A stretch of 64,000 nt of DNA from positions 266,846-330,845 of the forward strand of contig JBOEGD010000024.1 of NCBI GenBank assembly GCA_050633245.1, in the 5' to 3' direction. Within the stretch, counting starts at the first letter, position 1. The number at the start of each line of letters is the position of its first letter. The notes under the pieces were generated by a model. That model saw only the letters and a program-made list of their open reading frames with translations. It made no database searches and was not told the DNA's origin. Origin of the DNA: Calditrichia bacterium (GTDB lineage: Bacteria > Calditrichota > Calditrichia > RBG-13-44-9 > J075). Position numbers and translations under genes: made by a program. This document shows, one piece after another, positions 19,632 through 28,321 of the stretch.

Positions 19632-20927
19632 ATGTCCGGAGGACAAATGAAACAAATCTCTACTTTTGCTATTTTATTGGTGCTGCTTTTTGCTGCATCC
19701 CTAAATGCTCAATCTTTAAATGCGCTGGTTCTTAACGCGCTTGGTGAGAACTTGACTGAAGTAAATGTTGCCAACGGAACGGTTAGCCCGAATGTAGCAA
19801 CCGCCGGTCTCTTTACAAATCAGGTACGCGTTAAAGAGGGTATTGCCTATGTCGTTAATTCAGGCCTTAATGAAGTTCAGATCATAAATACGATTGATTA
19901 TTCAACCCTTGGTACAATTGATGTTGGAGTGAGTACGAATCCCTGGGCAATCGAGTTTCTATCTGGTAACATTGCTGCAGTAAGTTTACTCATTTCCAAT
20001 GAGGTGGCGTTTGTCGATCTGGCCAGCCGTCAGGTCTTAAACAAAATTGCTGTTGGAACTGGTCCTGAGGGCATGGTATATCGCAATGGCATGCTGTATG
20101 TTGCGAATAGTGGTTTTAACGGTGCCGGATATGACCCCGGAACTGTTTTCGTAATTGAAGAGGCAACCAGCACGGTGATAGATACAATTGATGTGAGCGT
20201 GAACCCTCAGGCACTGGCCTTCGATTCGCAGGGACGTCTTGTAGTCTGTACAACCGGAGATTTTGCTGCAACCAGCGGAGCTATCGAGATTGTTGATTTA
20301 CAGCAGGGAAGCGTGGTTGAAAGTATTCCCGCCGGAACATTTATTACCAATATTGTTGTTAGCGGAGACGATAAAGTTTATGCTGCAACGTTTGGTTCCG
20401 GTGTACTCGTTTACAATTTGAACACCGCTATGTACGAGCGCGATGGTAGTAATCCGCTGCCCGGTGGCCCGGGACTGGATATTCTGCCCGATAATAGTGT
20501 GGCAATTACTCACTTTGGCGCAGACTCTCTCTATCACTTTGCACCAGATCATACCATGTTGGCAGACTGGTTGGTTGGTGATGGTCCATTATCTGTGGCC
20601 ATTTTTACCACGCCGGTTAGCGCAATTGGGGATGAGGGTTCCGTTTCGATTAACTTTGAACTTGCCCAAAACTATCCCAATCCATTTAACCCGACGACAA
20701 CGATAAGCTACGAGCTTCGCTCTTCTGGTGACGTTCGGCTGGACGTGCTCGACATAACCGGTGCTGTAGTTGATGTTATTGTGAGCGAAACTCAGGCCGC
20801 CGGAAGCTACAATATCGTTTGGCAGGCATCTGCAGGCTCGGGTGAGTCGCTTTCTTCCGGCGTCTATTTTTATCGTTTGACGCACAATGGTAGCATGCTG
20901 ACTCGTAAAATGACGTTGTTGCGCTAG
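19632..20927 (+). CDS. YncE/YVTN-like beta-propeller protein with a T9SS C-terminal sorting domain
   Basis: 431 aa with a signal peptide. Repeated ~40-aa blades carry V..G..P motifs (e.g. IAVGTGPEGMVYRNGMLYVANSG). The C-terminus ...QNYPNPFNPTTTISYEL...GVYFYRL... is a T9SS type-A CTD. It starts 25 nt after the btuB-like stop. Confidence 0.65.
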   Translation: MSGGQMKQISTFAILLVLLFAASLNAQSLNALVLNALGENLTEVNVANGTVSPNVATAGLFTNQVRVKEGIAYVVNSGLNEVQIINTIDYSTLGTIDVGVSTNPWAIEFLSGNIAAVSLLISNEVAFVDLASRQVLNKIAVGTGPEGMVYRNGMLYVANSGFNGAGYDPGTVFVIEEATSTVIDTIDVSVNPQALAFDSQGRLVVCTTGDFAATSGAIEIVDLQQGSVVESIPAGTFITNIVVSGDDKVYAATFGSGVLVYNLNTAMYERDGSNPLPGGPGLDILPDNSVAITHFGADSLYHFAPDHTMLADWLVGDGPLSVAIFTTPVSAIGDEGSVSINFELAQNYPNPFNPTTTISYELRSSGDVRLDVLDITGAVVDVIVSETQAAGSYNIVWQASAGSGESLSSGVYFYRLTHNGSMLTRKMTLLR

Positions 20928-21076
20928 GCTATATTGACAATTAGCGATATTCAAAGAAAACCAACCAAACGTTTAGCCCCACTCCGCCGGGGTGTAATAG
21001 GAGGGCTGTAAAATTTAATTATCAACACGACCTAAGAAATTTTCTAAATTCATCCGATAAACTTATCAGGTAGGAT

Positions 21077-21268
21077 ATGACAGAACATAAAGACATGGCG
21101 CTTTCACCCTGTATACAAATTTGCAAGATCGATAATCAAACCGGGCTTTGTGTCGGATGTTTGCGGACGATGAATGAGATAGCGGCATGGAGCCGCTTTG
21201 ATGATGCAAAAAAACGCGAGGTCTATAAGAAGATCGACCATCGGAAAAAGAAATTTTCAGTCGCTTAA
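21077..21268 (+). CDS. DUF1289-family small Cys-rich protein
   Basis: 63 aa with [29 protein letters not shown], which matches the DUF1289 pattern (SPC..C....C.GC.RT..EI..W). Confidence 0.75.
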   Translation: MTEHKDMALSPCIQICKIDNQTGLCVGCLRTMNEIAAWSRFDDAKKREVYKKIDHRKKKFSVA

Positions 21269-21425
21269 AAACCTCATTTTTGCCATAAGAAATGTTGAGC
21301 GCGGGTTGCATTGTATTTCTTTGTTTCATAAACTACCGCGCGCCTTATAAAGGAGTTCTCCTTTAATGGGGGTTCCCCGGGCACTAATACTCCATAATCA
21401 TAATGCAACAAATGGATGTTCATAC

Positions 21426-22937
21426 ATGGCAGAACTAACGCGTAGCTCTGGTCTTTTACTACACCCAACATCTTTGCCGGGGCCTCACGGAATCGGGGAT
21501 TTCGGAGAAATGGCCTATCGCTGGATCGACTTTCTTACTCAGTCTCGTCAGACTATTTGGCAAATTCTACCGCTTGGCCCTACCGGTTACGGAGATTCTC
21601 CCTATCAGACCACTTCCGTTTTCGCGGGCAATCCCTTATTGATAGATCTAAGTCAGCTTTCAGCCGATGGGTATCTGCCGCCGATAGAGACCATAGAGTC
21701 TCCGGAATTTTCGGCTGGGCATGTCGACTTTGGTGCCGTTATTCCGTGGAAGAAAGATTTGTTGCTTCAGTCTTATGGTCATTTTAGTGCCGTCGCTTCA
21801 ACTGAAGCACGCAATGAATTTGATGAGTTCTGCCGCCGTTATGACGACGCCTGGTTGGAAGATTATGCTATGTTTATGGCTATCAAGGGCAACTTTGGTG
21901 AGCAGGCGTGGCCGTCCTGGCCAAAGGAATACCGTCAGCGTAATTCCAAGGCACTTGCCGCCATTCGGCTGGAGCTCATTGGAAAAATTAATGCCTATAA
22001 ATTCCAACAATACATATTCTTTAAGCAGTGGCTAAAGCTAAAAAGCTATGCTAACGAGCGGGGTGTGCAGATAATGGGCGACATCCCGATTTATGTTACG
22101 CACGACTCTGCTGATGTATGGTCGAACCAGGATTTGTTCCTGCTGGATGATGATGGAAACCCTACCGTTGTAGCCGGTGTACCGCCAGACTATTTTAGTC
22201 CCGATGGTCAACTTTGGGGCAATCCCCTTTATGACTGGGATTTGATGAAGAAAAATGGTTATCGCTGGTGGAAGGAACGAATTCGCATTAATCTGGAATG
22301 TGTCGATTTGGTGCGTCTTGATCACTTTAGAGGCTTTGAAAGCTACTACACTGTTGCTTTCGGCGCCGAAACGGCTCGTGTTGGCACTTGGGAAAAAGGG
22401 CCGGCCAATGCCTTCTTCGACTCATTGCTGAAAGAGTTTGGCGAGCTGCCTATTATTGCTGAAGATTTAGGTCTGATTACGCCGGAAGTAAATAAATTGC
22501 GCGATGATTATAAAATGCCCGGCATGAAGATTCTGCAGTTTGCCTTTGGCGGGGGACAGGAAGATGCTTTTTTGCCGCACACCTACGAGTCGTCTAATTG
22601 CGTTATTTATACCGGTAGTCATGACAATGATACCGTGCTTGGTTGGTATCATACTGCGAATGATCATGAGCGGCGCTATTGTGTGGATTATTTGGGCACA
22701 GATGAACATAACCTGGTGTGGGGGATGATCCGAACCGCGCTTGCATCGATTGCTGTGTTGGCTATTCTTCCGGTTCAGGATGTGCTTTCTCTGGACAGTA
22801 GTGCCCGCATGAACACTCCGGGTATGCCTTCGGGGAATTGGTCCTGGCGTCTGTTGGCCGATCAGCTGAACGAGCAGCATGCAGTTAGTTTGGCACGCCT
22901 GACAGAAGTCTACGGTCGTGCTCAAGCATCGAAGTAA
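21426..22937 (+). CDS. malQ: 4-alpha-glucanotransferase (amylomaltase, GH77)
   Basis: The N-terminus SSGLLLHPTSLPGPHGIGDFG is the classical MalQ start. It also has GDIPIYV, LVRLDHFRGF and IIAEDLG motifs. ATG 21426 is preferred over the in-frame start at 21366. Confidence 0.9.
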   Translation: MAELTRSSGLLLHPTSLPGPHGIGDFGEMAYRWIDFLTQSRQTIWQILPLGPTGYGDSPYQTTSVFAGNPLLIDLSQLSADGYLPPIETIESPEFSAGHVDFGAVIPWKKDLLLQSYGHFSAVASTEARNEFDEFCRRYDDAWLEDYAMFMAIKGNFGEQAWPSWPKEYRQRNSKALAAIRLELIGKINAYKFQQYIFFKQWLKLKSYANERGVQIMGDIPIYVTHDSADVWSNQDLFLLDDDGNPTVVAGVPPDYFSPDGQLWGNPLYDWDLMKKNGYRWWKERIRINLECVDLVRLDHFRGFESYYTVAFGAETARVGTWEKGPANAFFDSLLKEFGELPIIAEDLGLITPEVNKLRDDYKMPGMKILQFAFGGGQEDAFLPHTYESSNCVIYTGSHDNDTVLGWYHTANDHERRYCVDYLGTDEHNLVWGMIRTALASIAVLAILPVQDVLSLDSSARMNTPGMPSGNWSWRLLADQLNEQHAVSLARLTEVYGRAQASK

Positions 22938-23046
22938 CAATTGACGACTCTTGCCCTGGTTTTCTGCAGTTTTTATGGAAAGCCATCAAGAAAAGCACCC
23001 TCAAAAACGAAATAATTGCGGCATTCTATTGGCGCATACATTATAT

Positions 23047-23079
23047 TTGATAATGATTATTAATTGATAATGATTATTA
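23047..23079. promoter_or_regulatory. Tandem Fur-box-like operator upstream of ferritin
   Basis: TTGATAATGATTATTA occurs twice (23047-23062 and 23064-23079), each resembling the GATAATGATAATCATTATC Fur consensus. The pair lies 22-54 nt upstream of the ferritin ATG. Confidence 0.5.
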
Positions 23080-23100
23080 GAAATATATAAGGGAGTTACC

Positions 23101-23616
23101 ATGTTAAAAGAAACTTTAAACAATGCCTTGAATAAGCAGATTGCAATGGAAGCGTATGCGTCTGCCTACTATTTATCCATCGCTTCATGGTGCGAGCAAA
23201 AAGGATATGGTGGAGCAGCAGAGTTCTTTTACCGTCAGGCAGAAGAAGAGCGCGAGCACATGATGAAATTTTTTCGTTTCGTTAATGAAGCAGATGGTCA
23301 GGCCATTGTTCCGCAGGTAGATAAACCGCCGGTGGATTTCCCAAACTTCTCCAGCCTCTTTGAAACGGCGTTAGATCATGAGCGCAAGGTAACAGCTTCC
23401 ATCAACTCAATTATGAAGCTGGCCTATGATGAGGGCGATTTTCGTGTTCAGAATTTGCTGCAGTGGTTTGTCGACGAGCAGCTTGAAGAAGAAGTTCAAA
23501 TGCAGACGCTGATCGATAAGCTGCGCTTGATTGGTGATAATGGCGCCGGTTTGTATATGCTTGATACCGAACTGGGACAACGCGCTGCAGCACCGGAAGA
23601 GGATGAAGCAGAATAA
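23101..23616 (+). CDS. ftn: Non-haem bacterial ferritin
   Basis: 171 aa with ferroxidase-centre pattern EAYASAYYLSIASWC...EEEREHMMKF...ALDHERKV. GGGAG lies upstream of the ATG. Confidence 0.9.
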   Translation: MLKETLNNALNKQIAMEAYASAYYLSIASWCEQKGYGGAAEFFYRQAEEEREHMMKFFRFVNEADGQAIVPQVDKPPVDFPNFSSLFETALDHERKVTASINSIMKLAYDEGDFRVQNLLQWFVDEQLEEEVQMQTLIDKLRLIGDNGAGLYMLDTELGQRAAAPEEDEAE

Positions 23617-23808
23617 TTGCCACTACCGAAACTTTCCTGTCCTAACAGCATAAGCTGGAGGGCAGGGATTTCCTGAATGTGTCTACTTGCACAATGTTTG
23701 TATTTTTTGATAAAAATTACCTCTCTGCGGATATTCCTCTTATATTTGGACTCACTAACTGATGCCCCTCCATTAACACCTTTGTCGAATAATTTCGGAG
23801 AAGCACAC

Positions 23809-24681
23809 ATGATCTTTCGATCTCTTTTACAACGCTCTTTTATCGCCCTGTTTTTTCTTGCCCTAATTTCCGGCTGTTCTACCGTCGGTGCACTTATGAA
23901 CAAGAACTTTCAGGCGCCTCAAGCCAGCGTTTCAAATGTAAGTATAAGCGGGCTGTCTTTTGATGCCGCAAATTTGCTCTTTGATATCAACGTGAACAAT
24001 CCAAACAGCGTTGGCATTAAGCTAAGCGGTTTTGATTACGACTTGGCTATTAACGGAAACGGATTCTTGAATGGCATAAACTCAGACGGTCTTGAGATTG
24101 CTGCCGGTGCCGCTAAAAATGTGCAAATTCCTCTTAGCATAAGCTTTGCAGACTTGTATCGAACCTTTCAAAGCGTGCAGACTCAGGATAGCTCTGAATT
24201 TGCCTTGAAAGCCGGATTATCATTTAATGTTCCGATACTTGGTGATGTTCGCGTGCCGGTTAGTAAGAGCGGGTTTTTGCCGAACGTTAAGCTTCCCAAA
24301 ATAAGTGTGGGTGCATTAAAGGTTAGCAGCATGAACCTTACAGGTGCAGATCTTGAATTAACCGTGAACATGGAAAACCCGAATGCCTTTGGTTTGAATA
24401 TGGACAAAATGCAGTATCTTTTTCAGGTGAACGGGAAGAAGTGGGGAGCGGGTGAGACGTTGAAAAATGTTGTCGTCGGAAAGAACGGCAGTGGCTCGAT
24501 GACAATTCCGCTTAAGCTAAACTTTCTGGAAATGGGGACCACCGTCTATCAGTTGCTGCGTAGCAATGGCGCGGTAAATTATCAGTTAAGTGGAAATATG
24601 GATCTTGGTTCTACGCTGAAATTACTTCCCAAGAAGTCGATTAACTTTGACAAATCTGGTGACGTAAATATTCAACGATAA
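23809..24681 (+). CDS. Lipoprotein with two LEA_2 (water-stress/hypersensitive-response-like) domains
   Basis: ATG 23809 gives MIFRSLLQRSFIALFFLALISGCST, which contains a lipobox. Duplicated modules (SISGLSFDAANLLFDINVNNPNSVGIKLSGFDYDLAINGN and MNLTGADLELTVNMENPNAFGLNMDKMQYLFQVNGK) are typical of LEA14-like repeats. Confidence 0.55.
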   Translation: MIFRSLLQRSFIALFFLALISGCSTVGALMNKNFQAPQASVSNVSISGLSFDAANLLFDINVNNPNSVGIKLSGFDYDLAINGNGFLNGINSDGLEIAAGAAKNVQIPLSISFADLYRTFQSVQTQDSSEFALKAGLSFNVPILGDVRVPVSKSGFLPNVKLPKISVGALKVSSMNLTGADLELTVNMENPNAFGLNMDKMQYLFQVNGKKWGAGETLKNVVVGKNGSGSMTIPLKLNFLEMGTTVYQLLRSNGAVNYQLSGNMDLGSTLKLLPKKSINFDKSGDVNIQR

Positions 24682-24690
24682 TGATTTAGA

Positions 24691-24722
24691 ACATTTTCCG
24701 GCAAATTTTTGCCGGAAAATGT
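24691..24722 (+). terminator. Hairpin terminator after the LEA_2 lipoprotein gene
   Basis: A perfect 12-bp stem pairs ACATTTTCCGGC with GCCGGAAAATGT around an 8-nt loop. There is no clean T-tract after it. Confidence 0.5.
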
Positions 24723-24861
24723 CTAATTTGAAGACAGAATTTATATTTAATTATCTAGCCTCCGCACTTTGAAATCTCCCCGTTTTTTGGTATATATTAT
24801 TTCACGCCCGTCCCATAAATTTTTATAGAAATAGCTTAACCAGGTATTATCTCAACGCCCT

Positions 24862-26037
24862 ATGCAAATACGTATCTCTGGTCTTGTAAAGTTTTTTAAC
24901 CTCGTTAGCGCTCAACTACAGCGTGGCATACCGAGGCGTCATATTCCAACGTTTAAAAAGGATGTTAAGCAGGTTGTAGAGGATGTTGATCGCCTGTGCG
25001 CTATATATAATGCCTCGCCGGAAGAATTACCGGCACCCTCGCAAAAGGCCTATCAGTTTTTGAAAAACCTTAACTTTGAGACTCTACCGGTTACCGATAC
25101 CGAAAATCAGGAGTATCCCGGTAAATCGTTTACTGTTCCGGGTGCGGTTGGCCGATCACGAGCCCTGGCACTGAGGATGTGGCGAGAACGTTCCTCTATA
25201 ATTGCTGACCCAGTGGAGATACAGCAGGAGATAACGCGACAAATAACGTATATTCGCAGTTATTGTGATGGCGAGAAAATAAGTATTGAGCAGCTTTCTG
25301 CACAAACGGCTCGTGCTTACTGTTGGCTTACCTTTTTACAAGATGAGGACAATCTTGAACAGCATATGGGGTCATTACAAATGGCCAGCAAAATGCTGAG
25401 CAAGATTTGGCGATTTCCCGGCTGGGCGCCAATCGACATTTTAATGCTGAACATCCAGTCGCTGTATCGCGCACGGAGTTCTGGCAATCGGGTAGTCATT
25501 AGCTGTAGCGAAGGCTTTATTGCTGCGGATGAATCTATATGGAAGGCATTATTGTTAAACATTCTGAAAAAGCGCGTTAGCGATCGCCGTCAAACCATTA
25601 ATCGCTTTGTAAACTCTGCATCTTTTAGCGAAGTACTTTTTGAAATTGAATTGGCCCTGCCAAATCACAACTTACAAAGCAGCGGTACTGTATATTGTTT
25701 AAAAGAAAGCTTTGATCGTGTAAATAATGCCTACTTTGCCGGTGAAATGGAACGACCTAAGTTAACCTGGAACCGAACGCTGACCCAGTCGAAGTTTGGG
25801 CACTATCAACCTAGCAGAGACCTGGTTATGCTTTCAATCTCTTTAGATCGGCAACAGGTGCCGGAATATGTTGTAGATTTCGTTATGTATCATGAATTGC
25901 TTCATAAGAAACACGGTGTGCAGTTAGTGAATGGAAGACGGTTTGCGCATACACCCTTGTTCCGAAAGGATGAAAAACGGTTCAAAAATTATCGGCAATC
26001 GATGCAATGGTTGCAGAAGTTTGTGACCCGAAACTAA
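24862..26037 (+). CDS. Protein with a C-terminal DUF45/SprT-like zinc-metallopeptidase domain (HExxH) and a ~270-aa unknown N-terminal region
   Basis: 391 aa. The C-terminal segment reads ...LTWNRTLTQSKFGHY...VVDFVMYHELLHKKHG...HTPLFRKDEKRF, which fits the YgjP/SprT zincin pattern. Confidence 0.5.
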   Translation: MQIRISGLVKFFNLVSAQLQRGIPRRHIPTFKKDVKQVVEDVDRLCAIYNASPEELPAPSQKAYQFLKNLNFETLPVTDTENQEYPGKSFTVPGAVGRSRALALRMWRERSSIIADPVEIQQEITRQITYIRSYCDGEKISIEQLSAQTARAYCWLTFLQDEDNLEQHMGSLQMASKMLSKIWRFPGWAPIDILMLNIQSLYRARSSGNRVVISCSEGFIAADESIWKALLLNILKKRVSDRRQTINRFVNSASFSEVLFEIELALPNHNLQSSGTVYCLKESFDRVNNAYFAGEMERPKLTWNRTLTQSKFGHYQPSRDLVMLSISLDRQQVPEYVVDFVMYHELLHKKHGVQLVNGRRFAHTPLFRKDEKRFKNYRQSMQWLQKFVTRN

Positions 26038-26072
26038 CCAATACATTTTTTCCTTTTTCTGATCAAAAAAAA

Positions 26073-26091
26073 CTATTACTTTTGGCATCCA
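26073..26091 (+). promoter_or_regulatory. Conserved 19-nt box with TAnnTTTG (-7-like element) upstream of tRNA-Ser(CGA)
   Basis: CTATTACTTTTGGCATCCA is identical to 26278-26296. TACTTTTG (26077-26084) matches the Bacteroidota sigmaA -7 consensus TAnnTTTG and ends 9 nt before the mature tRNA 5' end. Confidence 0.4.
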
Positions 26092-26093
26092 AA

Positions 26094-26181
26094 GGAGAGG
26101 TGCCGGAGCGGCTGAACGGGACGGTCTCGAAAATCGTTGTCCCGCTTTGCGGGACCGTGGGTTCGAATCCCACCCTCTCCG
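26094..26181 (+). tRNA. tRNA-Ser (anticodon CGA)
   Basis: Acceptor stem GGAGAGG pairs with CCTCTCC. The anticodon stem-loop is ACGGT-CTCGAAA-ATCGT, the long variable arm is GTCCCGCTTTGCGGGAC, and the T-arm is GTGGGTTCGAATCCCAC. No CCA is encoded. Confidence 0.95.
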
Positions 26182-26277
26182 CAAGAATGCTCTCACTGAA
26201 TTTCAGGGCTTTTGCTTTAGCAATCTGAATAAATATTTTGCAGCAACTTATTTTTCTCTTTTCCTTGTCGTTTATAG

Positions 26278-26296
26278 CTATTACTTTTGGCATCCA
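26278..26296 (+). promoter_or_regulatory. Second copy of the 19-nt TAnnTTTG box upstream of tRNA-Ser(UGA)
   Basis: Identical CTATTACTTTTGGCATCCA, with the same 9-nt distance from the motif to the tRNA 5' end. Confidence 0.4.
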
Positions 26297-26297
26297 T

Positions 26298-26383
26298 GGA
26301 GAGGTGCCGGAGCGGTTGAACGGGACGGTCTTGAAAACCGTTGAGCACTTTGTGTTCCGTGGGTTCGAATCCCACCCTCTCCG
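26298..26383 (+). tRNA. tRNA-Ser (anticodon TGA)
   Basis: It has the same acceptor and T arms as the first copy. The anticodon stem-loop is ACGGT-CTTGAAA-ACCGT and the variable arm is long. Confidence 0.95.
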
Positions 26384-26388
26384 CTGAC

Positions 26389-26412
26389 GCTGCCCGGAAT
26401 TTTCCGGGCAGC
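26389..26412 (+). terminator. Rho-independent terminator after the tRNA pair
   Basis: GCTGCCCGGAA-TT-TTCCGGGCAGC forms a 9-11-bp GC-rich stem, followed by the T-rich stretch TCTTTCTTTACTTTTT. Confidence 0.7.
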
Positions 26413-26561
26413 TCTTTCTTTACTTTTTCCACTGTTTTACAATCAAAAACAGTCTGATCCAGCCTGATTAGGTTTTTCCCTATGGGAGTATGGGGAAATC
26501 TTTCCGGGAGAACAATCACAACAATATGCGCATCGTAGCGTATCAGAACTGAGGCGTACTC

Positions 26562-27650
26562 ATGTCGGAAAAGACACGTACAGGAATTCTTGAAATAATG
26601 CCAGAAGGCCATGGCTTTCTTAGAGATTTGAATGACAACTTTCGCGCGAATGGAGAAACAGCATACGTTTCTTCCAAACTCATTAGACAATATAAACTTC
26701 GTCAGGGAGTTGAAATAACCGGCGAGGTCGGAAAGCCTAAGCGTCCGAAGCAAAGCCCGCCACTAAACAGTATTACACGCGTGTTCGATATGAAACCGCA
26801 GGAATACGGTGGCGTCGAGGACATAAAAGACCGTACCAGTATCGATCCGGAAGATCCACTTATTATGGATCAGGGCCCAAAGGATCGCATCGGAAAGCTC
26901 ATGGATTTGGTGACGCCGATGGGGAAGGGGCAACGGGGAATGATTATTTCTCCACCGAAAGCCGGAAAGACTACTATCCTCAAGCACATCGCAAAATCCG
27001 TTCTAAAAGAATATCCTGATATACATGTTTATGTTCTGCTGATTGATGAGCGACCGGAAGAAGTCACAGATTTTAAGCGTGCCTTAAAGGGCGTGCCGGT
27101 CTTTCATTCCTCTTCCGACCGCGATACCGATGAACATCTGCGTATTGCTTCCTTGACGATGAATATGGCGGCCCGTCGCTGCGAAGTCGGGCAGGATGTA
27201 TTGGTGCTTATTGATTCCCTTACGCGTATGGGACGTGCCTTTAATAAAGACACCAACTCTGGTGGAAAAACGCTGAGTGGTGGTCTGGCTGCGGGTGCAC
27301 TTGAATTGCCGAGACGTTTCTTCGGTTCTGCAAGAAACATTGAAGATGGTGGATCGTTGACTATCATGGCAACAATTTTGGTCGAAACGAATAGTCGCAT
27401 GGATGAAGTTATCTTTCAAGAATTCAAGGGAACTGGTAATTTGGATCTTGTACTTAGCCGTGAGTGCGCTGAAAGACGATTATTCCCGGCGATTAATATT
27501 CGTGAGTCCGGCACGCGTAAAGAAGAAAAAGTGCTTGATGAGGCTCGTCTAAACGCAGTTAACCTAATGCGGCGCCGAACTGCCGGAATGAAAGCCCCTG
27601 AAGCGCTACAGCATGTTATGGAAAACCTTCGAGCGCTGACCGAACGTTAA
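26562..27650 (+). CDS. rho: Transcription termination factor Rho (short form lacking the N-terminal helix bundle)
   Basis: 362 aa. It begins at the OB-fold RNA-binding segment GILEIMPEGHGFLRD and has Walker A (PPKAGKTT), LIDSLTRMGRAFN and FPAINIRESGTRKEE motifs. An in-frame TGA at 26550-26552 blocks N-terminal extension. Confidence 0.9.
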   Translation: MSEKTRTGILEIMPEGHGFLRDLNDNFRANGETAYVSSKLIRQYKLRQGVEITGEVGKPKRPKQSPPLNSITRVFDMKPQEYGGVEDIKDRTSIDPEDPLIMDQGPKDRIGKLMDLVTPMGKGQRGMIISPPKAGKTTILKHIAKSVLKEYPDIHVYVLLIDERPEEVTDFKRALKGVPVFHSSSDRDTDEHLRIASLTMNMAARRCEVGQDVLVLIDSLTRMGRAFNKDTNSGGKTLSGGLAAGALELPRRFFGSARNIEDGGSLTIMATILVETNSRMDEVIFQEFKGTGNLDLVLSRECAERRLFPAINIRESGTRKEEKVLDEARLNAVNLMRRRTAGMKAPEALQHVMENLRALTER

Positions 27651-28075
27651 TTATTTTTCTACCGGCCGTCATGTGATTCCCTACACAGAAGCATTGCCTG
27701 TTCGTGTTGTATACTTCTTTCGATCATCATATAACATCGTTATGTGATTATCATTCATCGGAGGAAAAATGCGGACAGGGATGTCATGCTTTTCTTTTTA
27801 GCCTTACCCGACGTTGCAGCCTTTTGCAACTTCCTCCCTTAACTCTTTTTATCAAACGCATGTGCAAAAAAATTATCGCCGCGCGTTCAGCATTCTCGAT
27901 TTCTAAACAGAATTTATTGACAGCGTATTCATAGCATTTGCCTTGCAATGATGTGCGAAAATACTGTATGGACTTTACTCTTTTTCGGAAGAAACGTCTT
28001 TCTTAGTTATCAGCTTCCTATACTTTGTTGAATGGATTCGGTTGGTTTACGATCTACCATCAATCCAATCGAGCA

Positions 28076-28112
28076 GACGGCCATGTGATTCTTCGCATGG
28101 CCGTCGTTTTTT
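28076..28112 (+). terminator. Strong orphan Rho-independent terminator inside a gene-free gap
   Basis: GACGGCCATG (28076-85) pairs perfectly with CATGGCCGTC (28096-105) around a 10-nt loop, followed by G and a T6 run (28107-12). Confidence 0.7.
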
Positions 28113-28321
28113 ACCCTGTAGTTAAAAAATATTAAATACTTTTTAACGATAGAGGGATGCTGCCGATGATAGAGGGGCAGGCAACTAATGCCTGATGCGG
28201 AATTGCCAGAACATGTGGCGCTCCGGTTCTTTGAATGAATGTTGTGTTGAAGTGTGCCAGGGAAGGTACACGATATTGACTTCGAGGTATGAGTTAATAA
28301 CACCAATCAGGGAGGATTGAT

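Noticed and set aside
26094-26383. tRNA-Ser pair as an integration hotspot flanking a genomic island
   Set aside because: There is no integrase, no duplicated tRNA 3' fragment (attR-like) and no compositional shift visible on either side. Downstream genes such as rho and sbcCD are core functions.
26217-26753. 178-aa ORF on the - strand spanning the second tRNA-Ser, the terminator and the rho start
   Set aside because: It runs antisense through a tRNA gene and the 5' end of rho and has no RBS. It is an artefact of an open antisense frame.
27704-28306. ORFs 27704-27934 (+) and 28010-28306 (-) as real genes
   Set aside because: Neither has a Shine-Dalgarno sequence, and both have Cys/His/Ser-rich, low-complexity translations. 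The - strand ORF runs straight through a strong + strand terminator hairpin. The region is treated as non-coding.
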